Shown here in pieces: positions 47,967 to 56,966 of a stretch of DNA of 64,000 bases. Below the pieces are notes generated by a model, which saw only the letters and a program-made list of their open reading frames with translations, did not search any database and was not told the origin of the DNA. Made by a program: the position numbers and the translations under genes. How positions within the stretch are numbered: the stretch's first letter is position 1; the number at the start of each line of letters is the position of its first letter. The stretch covers positions 5,783 to 69,782 of the forward strand of contig CAYJIK010000001.1 of the NCBI GenBank assembly GCA_964370205.1, given 5' to 3'. This DNA comes from an uncultured Oscillospiraceae bacterium. GTDB lineage: Bacteria > Bacillota > Clostridia > Oscillospirales > Ruminococcaceae.

Positions 47967-48308
47967 TCATGAGTTGATATCGCCGCAAACTACCTCACTA
48001 TCATAAAACTGCTCAGTGAAATAGGTGGCTTTTTCTACCTGCTCTTTTGTAAATGTCATACCCGTCGGTGCTACTACCCATTTTTCTTCCACATCATCAT
48101 GTCTGCGTATGATTGCGATGACTGTTCCTGTGAAGGACACTACAGGCACGTCCACCCCAAGGATATAAGCGTCCTGTTCATCGCCGTCGCCTGCTGTGAT
48201 ACCTTCAATGTAGCCGTAGTTTATTGGGTAGATCATGTCTTTAGCGGTTGGGTGGGTAGAACCTAGGGGACGGTCGATGGTGACTGTCACTGTTTTGCCT
48301 ATAATCAT
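47967..48308 (-). CDS. Inorganic diphosphatase-family protein (small)
   Basis: SD AGGAG precedes ATG 48308. YPINYGYIEGITAGDGDEQDAYILG resembles the family I PPase DGDP.D core. Confidence 0.6.
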   Translation of the reverse strand: MIIGKTVTVTIDRPLGSTHPTAKDMIYPINYGYIEGITAGDGDEQDAYILGVDVPVVSFTGTVIAIIRRHDDVEEKWVVAPTGMTFTKEQVEKATYFTEQFYDSEVVCGDINS

Positions 48309-48380
48309 GCTATTTCTCCTACAATTCAAAACAGCGAAATTTATTAAGGATTGCTCCTCGAACTCCGCTGTTTCTTATTC

Positions 48381-48974
48381 TTAAGCGTTCTCTTCAATGA
48401 AAAAGTTGCCGTGTAGCGTTTTATACTCTTCATACACACGTTGTACACCGTCAAAATTCAGCTGGTACATTCTAAACGTAACCTCTATATTTTTCGGTTG
48501 CCACTGCTCGACATATGAGTATTTGTACTCCATACCCACCTTCTTCATGACCTCGCCACTTGCAACATTATTGACATCATGCGTGGCAGTGACATAGCAA
48601 TAGCCATTAGCTTTTAACCGATCCAGCACAGCTAACACCGCCTCGGTGACAATACCTTTACCCCAGTACTCCTTCGCCAGACCGTACCCTATGTCATAGC
48701 TCTCGTTGTCGGACAGGGTGACGTAACCAATAGGTTTGTCTTCATCTTTTAGCGTTATAGCGTATCGATAGGCGGACGGTCTTTCGTAGTAATCAAAATA
48801 GGTGAGTTTCATAAAGCTGTGTGCCTTGGCGTGGGACGTAATAGGAAACCACGGTAGGTAGACATTCACCTCGGTGTCGCTCAATAGTGCTTGCATGGCG
48901 GCGACATCGTCAGCGGTAAACCTGCGCAGTACAAGCCGCTCGGTGACAAGTTTCGGGGTGTTTTCCACTTTCAT
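48381..48974 (-). CDS. GNAT-family N-acetyltransferase (RimJ/RimL-like)
   Basis: Motifs RLVLRRFTADD and YWGKGIVTEA. Confidence 0.8.
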   Translation of the reverse strand: MKVENTPKLVTERLVLRRFTADDVAAMQALLSDTEVNVYLPWFPITSHAKAHSFMKLTYFDYYERPSAYRYAITLKDEDKPIGYVTLSDNESYDIGYGLAKEYWGKGIVTEAVLAVLDRLKANGYCYVTATHDVNNVASGEVMKKVGMEYKYSYVEQWQPKNIEVTFRMYQLNFDGVQRVYEEYKTLHGNFFIEENA

Positions 48975-49008
48975 TTTGCTTCCTCACTATCTTTATGCCT
49001 TTAAAGCG

Positions 49009-50817
49009 TTACTCCACCGTCACTGACTTCGCAAGGTTTCTCGGTTTGTCAACATCTCTACCCAGCAGTGTCGCCGTGTGATACGCCACAAGGTGCATAG
49101 CTGTTGCGGTAGGGAAGGGGGAGAAGCGTTCGTCTTGACAGGGGATATCCACCTTGAGGTCAACGCCGTCGGGGGTGTCACCGCCTATTGTGGACAACAG
49201 GATAGTCTTTGCACCTCTCGCTTTGACCTCCTGTATGTTTGACACCAACTTTAAGAAGGTGCTCCCACAAGTCGCCACCGAAACTACAGGCACTTCCTCT
49301 GAAATGAGCGCTATAGAGCCGTGCTTCAGTTCACCTGCAGGGTAGGCTTCACTGTGAATATATGTGATTTCTTTAAGTTTGAGCGACCCCTCACACGCTA
49401 GGTGGCTGTCCACACCCCTGCCCACATAGAACAGATTTTTTGCAGTGTGGATCACTTCTGCTATCGCTTTGAGTTTTTCGTCTAACGTCAGTGTCTGCTT
49501 AATATCCTCGACAGAGCGCAGAATACCGGCTACAATTTCCTTAGCACCCTCAACATTCCCACCGACTTCAAGTAGCTTTGCCGCTATCAGGTATAAGACC
49601 GCCATCTGTACAGAATACGCCTTAGTACTTGCCACAGAAATCTCAGGACCTGCGTTTGTGTATATAACATAGTCGCAAAGCCTTGATATGGTAGAACCGA
49701 GCACATTTACAATCCCAAGCACTTTAACCCCACGGCTTTGCGCCAGATTTATAGCGGCGATACTGTCCGCAGTTTCCCCCGACTGCGATATTACGATTAC
49801 AAGTTCATCATTTTTCAGTATCGGGTCTTGATACCTAAACTCTGACGCTACATGTACCGTTACAGGTATTCTGACAGTGCTTTCGATAATATGCTTACCT
49901 ATAAGCCCTGCGTGCATAGCAGTACCACAAGCTACGATATGTACAGCAGATACGCTTTCCCATAAGCTGTTAGTGATGTCGCTGTCAGAAAAGCAGGGGA
50001 GACCATCGCTTATTTTAGGGTTTACCGTTTTGAGTATAGCTGTGGGGACTTCGTTTATCTCTTTAAGCATAAAGTTTGGGTAGCCGTCTGCGCCGCTTTC
50101 GCTGTAGTCGTAGCTGATTTTCTCCCAATTTTGCTCTATAGGTTGGTTTTTAATATCAAATATATTCAGATTTTGTGAGGTCACTTCCGCTATCTGACCG
50201 TCAGACAGCCTCACGAACTTGTCTGTGTATTTTACAATAGCAAGCGAGTCAGAGGCTATAAAACCTTCGTCGTCATTTTTAGACACTATAAGTGGTGCGT
50301 CTTTACAGACGGCGTAGATGTGCCCCGGTTTGTCTGCAAACAGTATGCCAAGAGCGTATGCACCCTCCGCTTTTTCTGTTGCTTTACGGATGGCGGTTAT
50401 AGGGCAACCGTCGTAGAAGCTGTCGATAAGGCAAGCGAGCGGCTCGCTGTCTGTCTGCGACTTCATCACGAAGCCTTTACCCACTACCTCACTGCGTATA
50501 TCGGTGAAGTTTTCTATGATGCCGTTGTGGACAATCTGCACTCGCTCAGTACCGTGAGGATGGGAATTCACCTCGGACGGCACACCGTGCGTCGCCCAGC
50601 GGGTATGGGCTATACCGCAGTCGCCTGTGTAGGTGGTTTCGGTCAGTTTTTCCTCCAGATTGTAAAGCCTGCCCACCGCCTTAACTACCGAAAAAGCACC
50701 GCCCTCTAAAAACACTGCCCCGGCCGAGTCATAACCTCGATACTCAAGCCGTGAAAGCCCATGAAGCAGTATATCCGAAAGTTTACCTTTGCCTGTATAT
50801 CCTATTATGCCACACAT
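49009..50817 (-). CDS. glmS: Glutamine--fructose-6-phosphate aminotransferase
   Basis: MCGIIGY (N-terminal nucleophile Cys), two SIS domains, and C-terminal LAKSVTVE. 602 aa. Confidence 0.97.
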   Translation of the reverse strand: MCGIIGYTGKGKLSDILLHGLSRLEYRGYDSAGAVFLEGGAFSVVKAVGRLYNLEEKLTETTYTGDCGIAHTRWATHGVPSEVNSHPHGTERVQIVHNGIIENFTDIRSEVVGKGFVMKSQTDSEPLACLIDSFYDGCPITAIRKATEKAEGAYALGILFADKPGHIYAVCKDAPLIVSKNDDEGFIASDSLAIVKYTDKFVRLSDGQIAEVTSQNLNIFDIKNQPIEQNWEKISYDYSESGADGYPNFMLKEINEVPTAILKTVNPKISDGLPCFSDSDITNSLWESVSAVHIVACGTAMHAGLIGKHIIESTVRIPVTVHVASEFRYQDPILKNDELVIVISQSGETADSIAAINLAQSRGVKVLGIVNVLGSTISRLCDYVIYTNAGPEISVASTKAYSVQMAVLYLIAAKLLEVGGNVEGAKEIVAGILRSVEDIKQTLTLDEKLKAIAEVIHTAKNLFYVGRGVDSHLACEGSLKLKEITYIHSEAYPAGELKHGSIALISEEVPVVSVATCGSTFLKLVSNIQEVKARGAKTILLSTIGGDTPDGVDLKVDIPCQDERFSPFPTATAMHLVAYHTATLLGRDVDKPRNLAKSVTVE

Positions 50818-50848
50818 GTGGTTTCACTCCTTTGTTACGTTTAATTGT

Positions 50849-52225
50849 TTAAGCTTTACTTTCTAAACACATTTTTATCATCCGTGCGCACTTGTAAACA
50901 TCTCCGCACCCCATTGTAAGCACTAAATCTCCGTCCTCAGCGTTACGGCTCACATACTCCGCTATCTCCTCGAACGTTTCAAACCAGACACTGTCAGGGG
51001 TTAAAACTGCAAGGTCTTCTGTGGTTATACCTAGGGTGTCGGTTTCTCGACCGCCCATTATGGCACTCATCACAACACGGTCGGCTATAGAAAGCGAGTC
51101 CGCAAACTCCGCTAAAAACTCCTTGGTGCGTGTGTAAGTGTACGGCTGAAACACCGCCCAAACCTTCTTATACCCCATTCCGTTCACAGTGGACAGTATA
51201 GCTTCAACCTCCTTCGGATGGTGAGCGTAATCGTCCGCTACTGTGACGCCGTTTACCGTCCCCAGCACCTCAAAGCGTCTGCCCGTGCCTGTATAACTTG
51301 CAAGTCCTGCCGTCAATCTATCCGCTTCCGCCCCTGCCGATATACATGCGGCAAGTGCGGCAACTGCGTTTAGAACATTATGCGCCCCCGGGACATTTAT
51401 TTCTGCCTCGCACAACGCTTTACCGTTACTGTTTAGGGTAAATGTCGTTTTCATCGGTGTTATTTTTTTAACGTCGGTGGGGTAGAAGTCGTTTTGATCG
51501 CCACTGCCAAAAGTCACGACAGGTGTTGAAACGCCCTCCACAGCTTTCATTGCATTTTCATCATCGCCATTTACGATAACCGCTTTGCTGCAAAGCTCCG
51601 CAAACTTTGAAAAGGAGTGTATAACACCGTCAAGCGAGCCGAAATACTCGAGGTGGTCAGCATCGACGTTTAGTATAACGCCGTAGTCGGGGGCGAGCAT
51701 GAGGTAGGTGTCATTGTACTCACATGCTTCGCAGACAAAATAGTCGCTGTCACCTGCTTTTCCGCTACCGTTTAGTAGGGGAAGTTTTCCGCCTATCAGA
51801 ACAGAGGGGTCATAACCGCCCTCCAGCATCATCTGCGACGCCATGGAGGTGGTGGTGGTTTTGCCGTGTGTGCCTGCAATGGCGATACACTTATCATACC
51901 GCTTACTCACAAGCCCAAACAGCTCTGCACGCTCGATAAGAGGTATCCCACGTTTTTTTGCTTCGGTCAGCTCGACATTGCTAAGCGGTATCGCTGCAGA
52001 ATATACCACCGCTTCTGCTCCGCCTAGGTTTTCGGCATTATGTCCGATTGTGACAGTAATGCCCATATCACGCTCACGGTCGATGTTATCGCCGGGGTTT
52101 ACATCCGAGCCTGTTATGGTGTAGCCCTCTCGGTGCAGAATTTCAACAAGAGGGAACATCCCCGATCCACCTATACCGACAAAGTGAAGTTGCTTTATAC
52201 TTTTCAACATTTCTTCTGTAAACAT
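50849..52225 (-). CDS. murC: UDP-N-acetylmuramate--L-alanine ligase
   Basis: Motifs HFVGIGGSGM, GTHGKTTTT and DDYAHHP. Confidence 0.95.
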   Translation of the reverse strand: MFTEEMLKSIKQLHFVGIGGSGMFPLVEILHREGYTITGSDVNPGDNIDRERDMGITVTIGHNAENLGGAEAVVYSAAIPLSNVELTEAKKRGIPLIERAELFGLVSKRYDKCIAIAGTHGKTTTTSMASQMMLEGGYDPSVLIGGKLPLLNGSGKAGDSDYFVCEACEYNDTYLMLAPDYGVILNVDADHLEYFGSLDGVIHSFSKFAELCSKAVIVNGDDENAMKAVEGVSTPVVTFGSGDQNDFYPTDVKKITPMKTTFTLNSNGKALCEAEINVPGAHNVLNAVAALAACISAGAEADRLTAGLASYTGTGRRFEVLGTVNGVTVADDYAHHPKEVEAILSTVNGMGYKKVWAVFQPYTYTRTKEFLAEFADSLSIADRVVMSAIMGGRETDTLGITTEDLAVLTPDSVWFETFEEIAEYVSRNAEDGDLVLTMGCGDVYKCARMIKMCLESKA

Positions 52226-52593
52226 ATTTCAACCACGCCCCCACGTACACGTAGTGCTTGTGGGTACTGCCTTTCCTGAGTTTTTGCATATAATATACAC
52301 GAGAGTGTAACTCGCAAGTATAGTGTACTCAAATAAATATTGCCAAACGTCAACCATTATTACTCAATGGACTTGCAACAACCAAAACTGTATTTAATTA
52401 GAATTATATCACAGTCGTTATATTTTGTGAATATTTATTTTGAAAGTGCTGATAATAAGTATAAGTGTCGCACTGTGTCGATTTTTATCAGCAGTCAAAG
52501 CGGCATAGGATATTCCTCGATGAATAACAACAGCGACGTTTATGTGATATTCACAGGACATTCGCAGGTATATAGAAAAGGACGGTCACAGAT

Positions 52594-52899
52594 ATGGAAA
52601 TAACAGATATCAAAATAAGAAGAACCTACCGAGATAATAGATTAAAGGCACTTGTTTCGCTCACCATAGACAGTGAGATAGCTATACATGATATCAAGGT
52701 CATAGAAGGCCCGAATAGGCTTTTTGTCGCAATGCCGAGCAGGCGTGACGAAAACGGTGAATTCCGAGACATCTGCCACCCGATAACACTTGAAGCTCGA
52801 AAGCAACTGGAAAGTGTAGTGCTAAACACCTATCACCATCATATTTCAACCCTCGATGCTACTCAGCAAGACACAGGTGCAGAATCTATAGTGGAGTAA
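52594..52899 (+). CDS. spoVG: Septation protein SpoVG
   Basis: MEITDIKIRR...LKALVSLTIDSEIAIHDIKVIEGPNRLFVAMPSRR...FRDICHPI is a classic SpoVG sequence. Confidence 0.93.
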   Translation: MEITDIKIRRTYRDNRLKALVSLTIDSEIAIHDIKVIEGPNRLFVAMPSRRDENGEFRDICHPITLEARKQLESVVLNTYHHHISTLDATQQDTGAESIVE

Positions 52900-53019
52900 A
52901 TAGCTATTTTAGCGCTTGTTAAAATTTTTACACCACTCTCCCTTTAAGATATGCATAAAAATCACCGTTTAATACGCAATACCTCCCAACAAGTAATAAA
53001 GCCCCCTTTGTTCACACCA

Positions 53020-53046
53020 TCTACACAGCACCAAACTTCGCCCCCC
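53020..53046 (+). promoter_or_regulatory. Possible SigK-type promoter for dpaAB
   Basis: AC (53020-53021), 16 nt spacer, CATATTATA (53038-53046) fits AC-N16/17-CATAnnnTA. The spoVF operon is SigK-dependent in B. subtilis. This is a weak motif-only call. Confidence 0.3.
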
Positions 53047-53136
53047 TCATATTATAGTATTATCGGAATGATGTTAAGTGTTTACTCACAACCGAACATC
53101 TCTCCTTTATATTATGAATATGTAGGGGGGTGCTTT

Positions 53137-54027
53137 ATGTCTGAGAGCAATAAAGAGGAGAATGTAAAACGTGAGGTGAGCTTTGGTCTGGTTGGCGGTG
53201 ACGGTAGAATGGTGTTTCTGAAAGGGGCGCTTTTAGCACAGGGTTATGACTGCAAAAGCTATCTTCTCCACCGTGATGAACACAGTTTGCAGGGGCTTAG
53301 AGAACATAATGTTGTTGTATTCCCGATGCCGTGTACAGATAAGGACGGCAAACTGAACTGCCTACATTTCAAAGGTGTGGAACTTGACGAGATACTGCCG
53401 TACATTAGCGAAAAAGCGATTATTTTCGGCGGTATATTGCCTACAAAACTCTGTTGCCTTAAAGCGGTGGACTTTGCACAGTGGGAAGATTTCGTCCTGC
53501 TAAATGCCGCCTCTACAGCGGAGGGCGCTATACATATAGCCAAAGAGCAGATGAACACGCTTTTCCTCGGTAGTAATGTGCTCATTACAGGTGGTGGTAG
53601 AATAGCAACACATCTGGCACGCTTACTTCTCGGTTTTTCCGCTAATGTCACCGTTGCAACAAACGTAGCAGAAGAGCGCAGGCGAGCGGAAATGTACGGC
53701 GCAAAAGCTATAAGCCTCAGCGATATAGACGTAGTTTTGCTGACAGCAGACGTGGTGTTTAACACTGTACCGGCGGTGATATTCCATGAAAAAGAGCTTA
53801 AACGCCTGAGTGAAAACTCACTGCTGATAGACCTTGCAAGCCACCCGAGCGGTGTGGACAAACAGGCGGTAGCACGACTTAAAATAAGCTACAGCCACGA
53901 GCTCTCCATACCTGCACGCTACTCGCCAAAAGCGGCAGGGGAGGCGATAGGTCACGCTATACTGTCATCAGAGGAGTTCCGGCGGTTTTTGATACAACTA
54001 CAAAATCAAGAAAGGGGAAGGGAGTAA
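53137..54027 (+). CDS. dpaA: Dipicolinate synthase subunit A
   Basis: SD AGGGGGG. Rossmann motifs are GLVGGDGR and VLITGGGRIA. dpaB follows immediately. The ORF-track start at 52951 has no SD. Confidence 0.85.
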   Translation: MSESNKEENVKREVSFGLVGGDGRMVFLKGALLAQGYDCKSYLLHRDEHSLQGLREHNVVVFPMPCTDKDGKLNCLHFKGVELDEILPYISEKAIIFGGILPTKLCCLKAVDFAQWEDFVLLNAASTAEGAIHIAKEQMNTLFLGSNVLITGGGRIATHLARLLLGFSANVTVATNVAEERRRAEMYGAKAISLSDIDVVLLTADVVFNTVPAVIFHEKELKRLSENSLLIDLASHPSGVDKQAVARLKISYSHELSIPARYSPKAAGEAIGHAILSSEEFRRFLIQLQNQERGRE

Positions 54028-54028
54028 C

Positions 54029-54610
54029 ATGAAAATAGGGCTTGCGGTAACAGCTTCGTACTGCACATTCAGAGAAGTGCTTGACGCTGTAAAACCACTT
54101 TCCCAAAAGGGATACAATTTTACCCCTATTATAAGCGAAACAGCATACCAAACCGACACGAAATTTGGTGGAGCGGCGGAATTTGTGCGTGAATTTGAGG
54201 ATATATCCTGCATAGACGCTATCCATACCATTGTGGGTGCAGAGCCTATTGGCCCTAAAAAGATGTTTGACCTGCTCGTGGTCGCACCGTGCACAAGTAA
54301 CACCCTTGCAAAGCTTGCCTATGGCATTAACGACACCTGTGTAACCATGGCGGTCAAGTCTCACCTGCGTAACGGCGGCCCTGTATTGCTTGCCATATCC
54401 ACAAATGACGCTCTGGCAGGTAGTGCCAAAAACATAGGTCAACTGCTAAACTACAAAAATATATACTTCGTCCCGTATGCCCACGACAACAGCGAGGCAA
54501 AACCAAACTCCTTGATAGCGGACTTCTCACTTCTCGAGGAAGCTATGTCATCCGCCCTTAAAGGAAAGCAACTCTACCCGTTGGTGCTTGGGGAGAGGGA
54601 GCATCTTTAG
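54029..54610 (+). CDS. dpaB: Dipicolinate synthase subunit B (flavoprotein family)
   Basis: Motifs GLAVTASYCTF and VAPCTSNTLAKLAYGINDT. Confidence 0.85.
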   Translation: MKIGLAVTASYCTFREVLDAVKPLSQKGYNFTPIISETAYQTDTKFGGAAEFVREFEDISCIDAIHTIVGAEPIGPKKMFDLLVVAPCTSNTLAKLAYGINDTCVTMAVKSHLRNGGPVLLAISTNDALAGSAKNIGQLLNYKNIYFVPYAHDNSEAKPNSLIADFSLLEEAMSSALKGKQLYPLVLGEREHL

Positions 54611-54637
54611 CATATGTTTTAGCAATAGATATCATAA

Positions 54638-54680
54638 GAAAAACCTCTTGACCGAGTTTTAAGGTCGAGAGGTTTTTCGT
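54638..54680. terminator. Bidirectional rho-independent terminator
   Basis: AAACCTCTTGACC, 9 nt loop, GGTCGAGAGGTTT, then TTTTT, between convergent genes. Confidence 0.8.
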
Positions 54681-54688
54681 TTTCTTAT

Positions 54689-54985
54689 CTATTTATGCTT
54701 TGAAACGCTACTATATCCACCCTTTAGACTATAAGCATCATAGCCCTCGTCCAGCATTTTCTCGGTGACCTTTTTACTGCTTATACCCATGTAGCAGGAG
54801 AATACTATTTTCTTCTCTTTGTACGCTAACAACTCACCGGCTGACACCTTGAGTCTTGGGATGTTTACAGCGTTCGGTATCGGGCTTTTTTCAGCGTCTT
54901 TTGTTTCTCTTATGTCTATGAGTACATAGCTGTCAGTCGGGAGCGCCTTCAGTTCATCAATTGTAATTTCATAAGATTTTGCCAT
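54689..54985 (-). CDS. Rhodanese-like domain protein
   Basis: 98 aa. The active-site loop is VFSCYMGISS and the C-terminus has LKGGY. Confidence 0.7.
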   Translation of the reverse strand: MAKSYEITIDELKALPTDSYVLIDIRETKDAEKSPIPNAVNIPRLKVSAGELLAYKEKKIVFSCYMGISSKKVTEKMLDEGYDAYSLKGGYSSVSKHK

Positions 54986-55087
54986 CGTTTTCGTCCTTTC
55001 TATTTTGGCATTTTTGCTAAATTGTTTGGCAACAGTATATCATACTTTTTTGGTATAATAAAGGGCTTTCAAAAAAGTTTACATACA

Positions 55088-55561
55088 TCATAGATATTTT
55101 TGCACCCTAGTAGTCACAAGGTCGGTAGGGGACATACTTAGTAGCTCCTTCTGCTGTACCCATTTATAGCCCACCGTCTCGCCTTCCTCAAGGGTGACAG
55201 AATTTTTATCAGCACTTGTAGTACACAAAAATGTGCAGTAAACTGTGTGGCGCTCTTTGTTCACCTCGCTACCTAAAAGGACAAACTCGCCTGACGGTAT
55301 CCCTGTTTCTTCGTACAACTCTCTTTTTGCACAGCTATGAGCATCCTCTCCCACCGTTGCAGAACCGCCTGCTGTAGCCTCCCACATGCCACCGTGATGC
55401 TTTTGCGGATGACGTTTCATAAGCAGATAGCTTCCGTCCTCGTGCCTCACAAGTATGTCACATACCAAATGGTACACATCATCGGGTATTACTTCGCCCC
55501 TTACAAGCGGAGGAAGATCAAGCTTGTTTAGATGTTCGTCATAAGCGTCCCAAAGTTCCAT
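55088..55561 (-). CDS. NUDIX hydrolase
   Basis: NUDIX box: GGSATVGEDAHSCAKRELYEETG. Confidence 0.8.
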   Translation of the reverse strand: MELWDAYDEHLNKLDLPPLVRGEVIPDDVYHLVCDILVRHEDGSYLLMKRHPQKHHGGMWEATAGGSATVGEDAHSCAKRELYEETGIPSGEFVLLGSEVNKERHTVYCTFLCTTSADKNSVTLEEGETVGYKWVQQKELLSMSPTDLVTTRVQKYL

Positions 55562-55702
55562 GAGCTTCTCCTTTTATATAAATTAGAAGTCACATCATAT
55601 CACACGACACATCAACATGCAAGTTCTACATCGGACAGGTTGTGAATATACAATTTACATAAGCACTTATAACATTTACAACTACAGAAATGGGGTTTAC
55701 CT

Positions 55703-56119
55703 ATGAAAAAGAAGATGAGACCGTTTGGCAGAGTAGCAAAAGGTGGCGCTATAGCACTGAGTGATAGGCTTACTTTAGGAGTGCGTGCCTGTGTTATTGG
55801 GCTAGGGGTGATGTTTGTGGTTATGGTGTTGCTGTCACTGTTGATGAGTGTAGCGTCACTGCCTATCGATATGGCGAATGTGCTGTCCAGTGCCTCCATT
55901 ATAGTGGGGTGTTTTGTGGCGGGGTTTGTACTGCTTAGAGGCATAAGGGAAAATGGGCTTCTGTACGGCGGTTTATGCGGTCTTACGATTTACGCCATAT
56001 TGGTGATCTGTTCACTTATGTACGACCCGTCCTTTTCACAAGTTGCACCGATAAAGGCGGTTATGACCATGCTAAGCGGTGCTATTGGTGGAGTGTCGGG
56101 GATAAATATACGCCGATAA
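55703..56119 (+). CDS. Small multi-pass membrane protein (TIGR04086/YrzE-like?)
   Basis: Four predicted hydrophobic helices with Gly-rich spacing and an SD-like GGGG upstream. The family assignment is from memory only. Confidence 0.5.
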   Translation: MKKKMRPFGRVAKGGAIALSDRLTLGVRACVIGLGVMFVVMVLLSLLMSVASLPIDMANVLSSASIIVGCFVAGFVLLRGIRENGLLYGGLCGLTIYAILVICSLMYDPSFSQVAPIKAVMTMLSGAIGGVSGINIRR

Positions 56120-56184
56120 CAGGGGGAAGGGCTACAGACCTACCATAAAATTAGTAATAAGGAATGATGTTGGCTGAAAGTAAG

Positions 56185-56305
56185 GTTTGCAACCGTGGTT
56201 GTAACCACGGTTTGTGTTCTTCGGCACAGCCTCAGTTTTATAACACGAGAAGCTTTATGTGACAAAAACCGCACAAAATCGTGGTTGTAACTTGCAGAAA
56301 GGAAT
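56185..56305 (+). repeat. Leader-repeat copy B (variant hairpin + ~80 nt core + SD), upstream of spoIIM
   Basis: The variant hairpin region is GTTTGCAACCGTGGTTGTAACCACGG. It has the same conserved core blocks as copy A. The 12 nt direct repeat CGTGGTTGTAAC (56194-56205 and 56280-56291) flanks the core. It ends CTTGCAGAAAGGAAT. Confidence 0.85.
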
Positions 56306-56315
56306 GGGCATTAGG

Positions 56316-56966
56316 ATGAGAAAAAGTAGGGGACGTTTCGGAAGTAAACTTAGGCGATCATGGAAGGGCAGGGGAGAGCTACCAATTTTGCACACAATTA
56401 TGTCCTGCGTGTTTTTGTCAGGGGTGCTACTGGGTAGTGTGCTACTGCTCATCTCTAAAAATGATGCGGCGACACTCATAACCTCGGTGGTACACGAGTT
56501 TACCCAAAGCAGGTTGCAGGACAGTTTCACTACAGTGGCATTGCATTCATTTGTCCCCAATGTGATAATGCTCGGTGTGATGTCGTTATGCGGTTACAGC
56601 GCAATATCGCAACCGCTTACCTTGACAATACTGCTATCAAAAGGCGTGCTGTTTGGGACACTCAGCGGTGGACTGTTAGTGTGCTACGGCGCTTCATCGC
56701 TTACGAGTATCGGGGTGCTGTTTTTGCCGGGGGCAGTGCTGTCCGCACTGGTGCTTATATCAGCTTCAAACTTTACTCTAAACCGTTCTGTGACGTTATG
56801 GCGACTTATGTACAGCGAAAGCAGTAGCAGGGAAGGGGCAAATCTGACAGGGGATAGCTACCTTTACACGCTTTTCATACATACCTTTCTACTGCTCTGT
56901 GTCGCCTTGGGAGAAGCATTTTTATTCGTCGTCTTCGGTGGGACTGTCCTTGGTGGGCTTCTGTAA
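56316..56966 (+). CDS. spoIIM: Stage II sporulation protein M-like membrane protein
   Basis: Multi-pass membrane protein with SpoIIM-like layout (FLSGVLLGS..., FVPNVIMLGVMSLCG, GVLFG, FLPGAVLSALVL). It is adjacent to a XerD-type recombinase, as in B. subtilis. The start could be 56316 or 56304. Confidence 0.65.
   Translation: MRKSRGRFGSKLRRSWKGRGELPILHTIMSCVFLSGVLLGSVLLLISKNDAATLITSVVHEFTQSRLQDSFTTVALHSFVPNVIMLGVMSLCGYSAISQPLTLTILLSKGVLFGTLSGGLLVCYGASSLTSIGVLFLPGAVLSALVLISASNFTLNRSVTLWRLMYSESSSREGANLTGDSYLYTLFIHTFLLLCVALGEAFLFVVFGGTVLGGLL

Noticed and set aside
52226-52593. The 368 nt murC/spoVG divergent spacer as a possible location for a glmS ribozyme or other riboswitch, and the embedded 87 aa ORF (52340-52603).
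   Set aside because: I could find no conserved ribozyme or riboswitch core by eye. The ORF is AT-rich and low-complexity, has no SD, and overlaps the spoVG start. The spacer most likely just holds divergent promoters.
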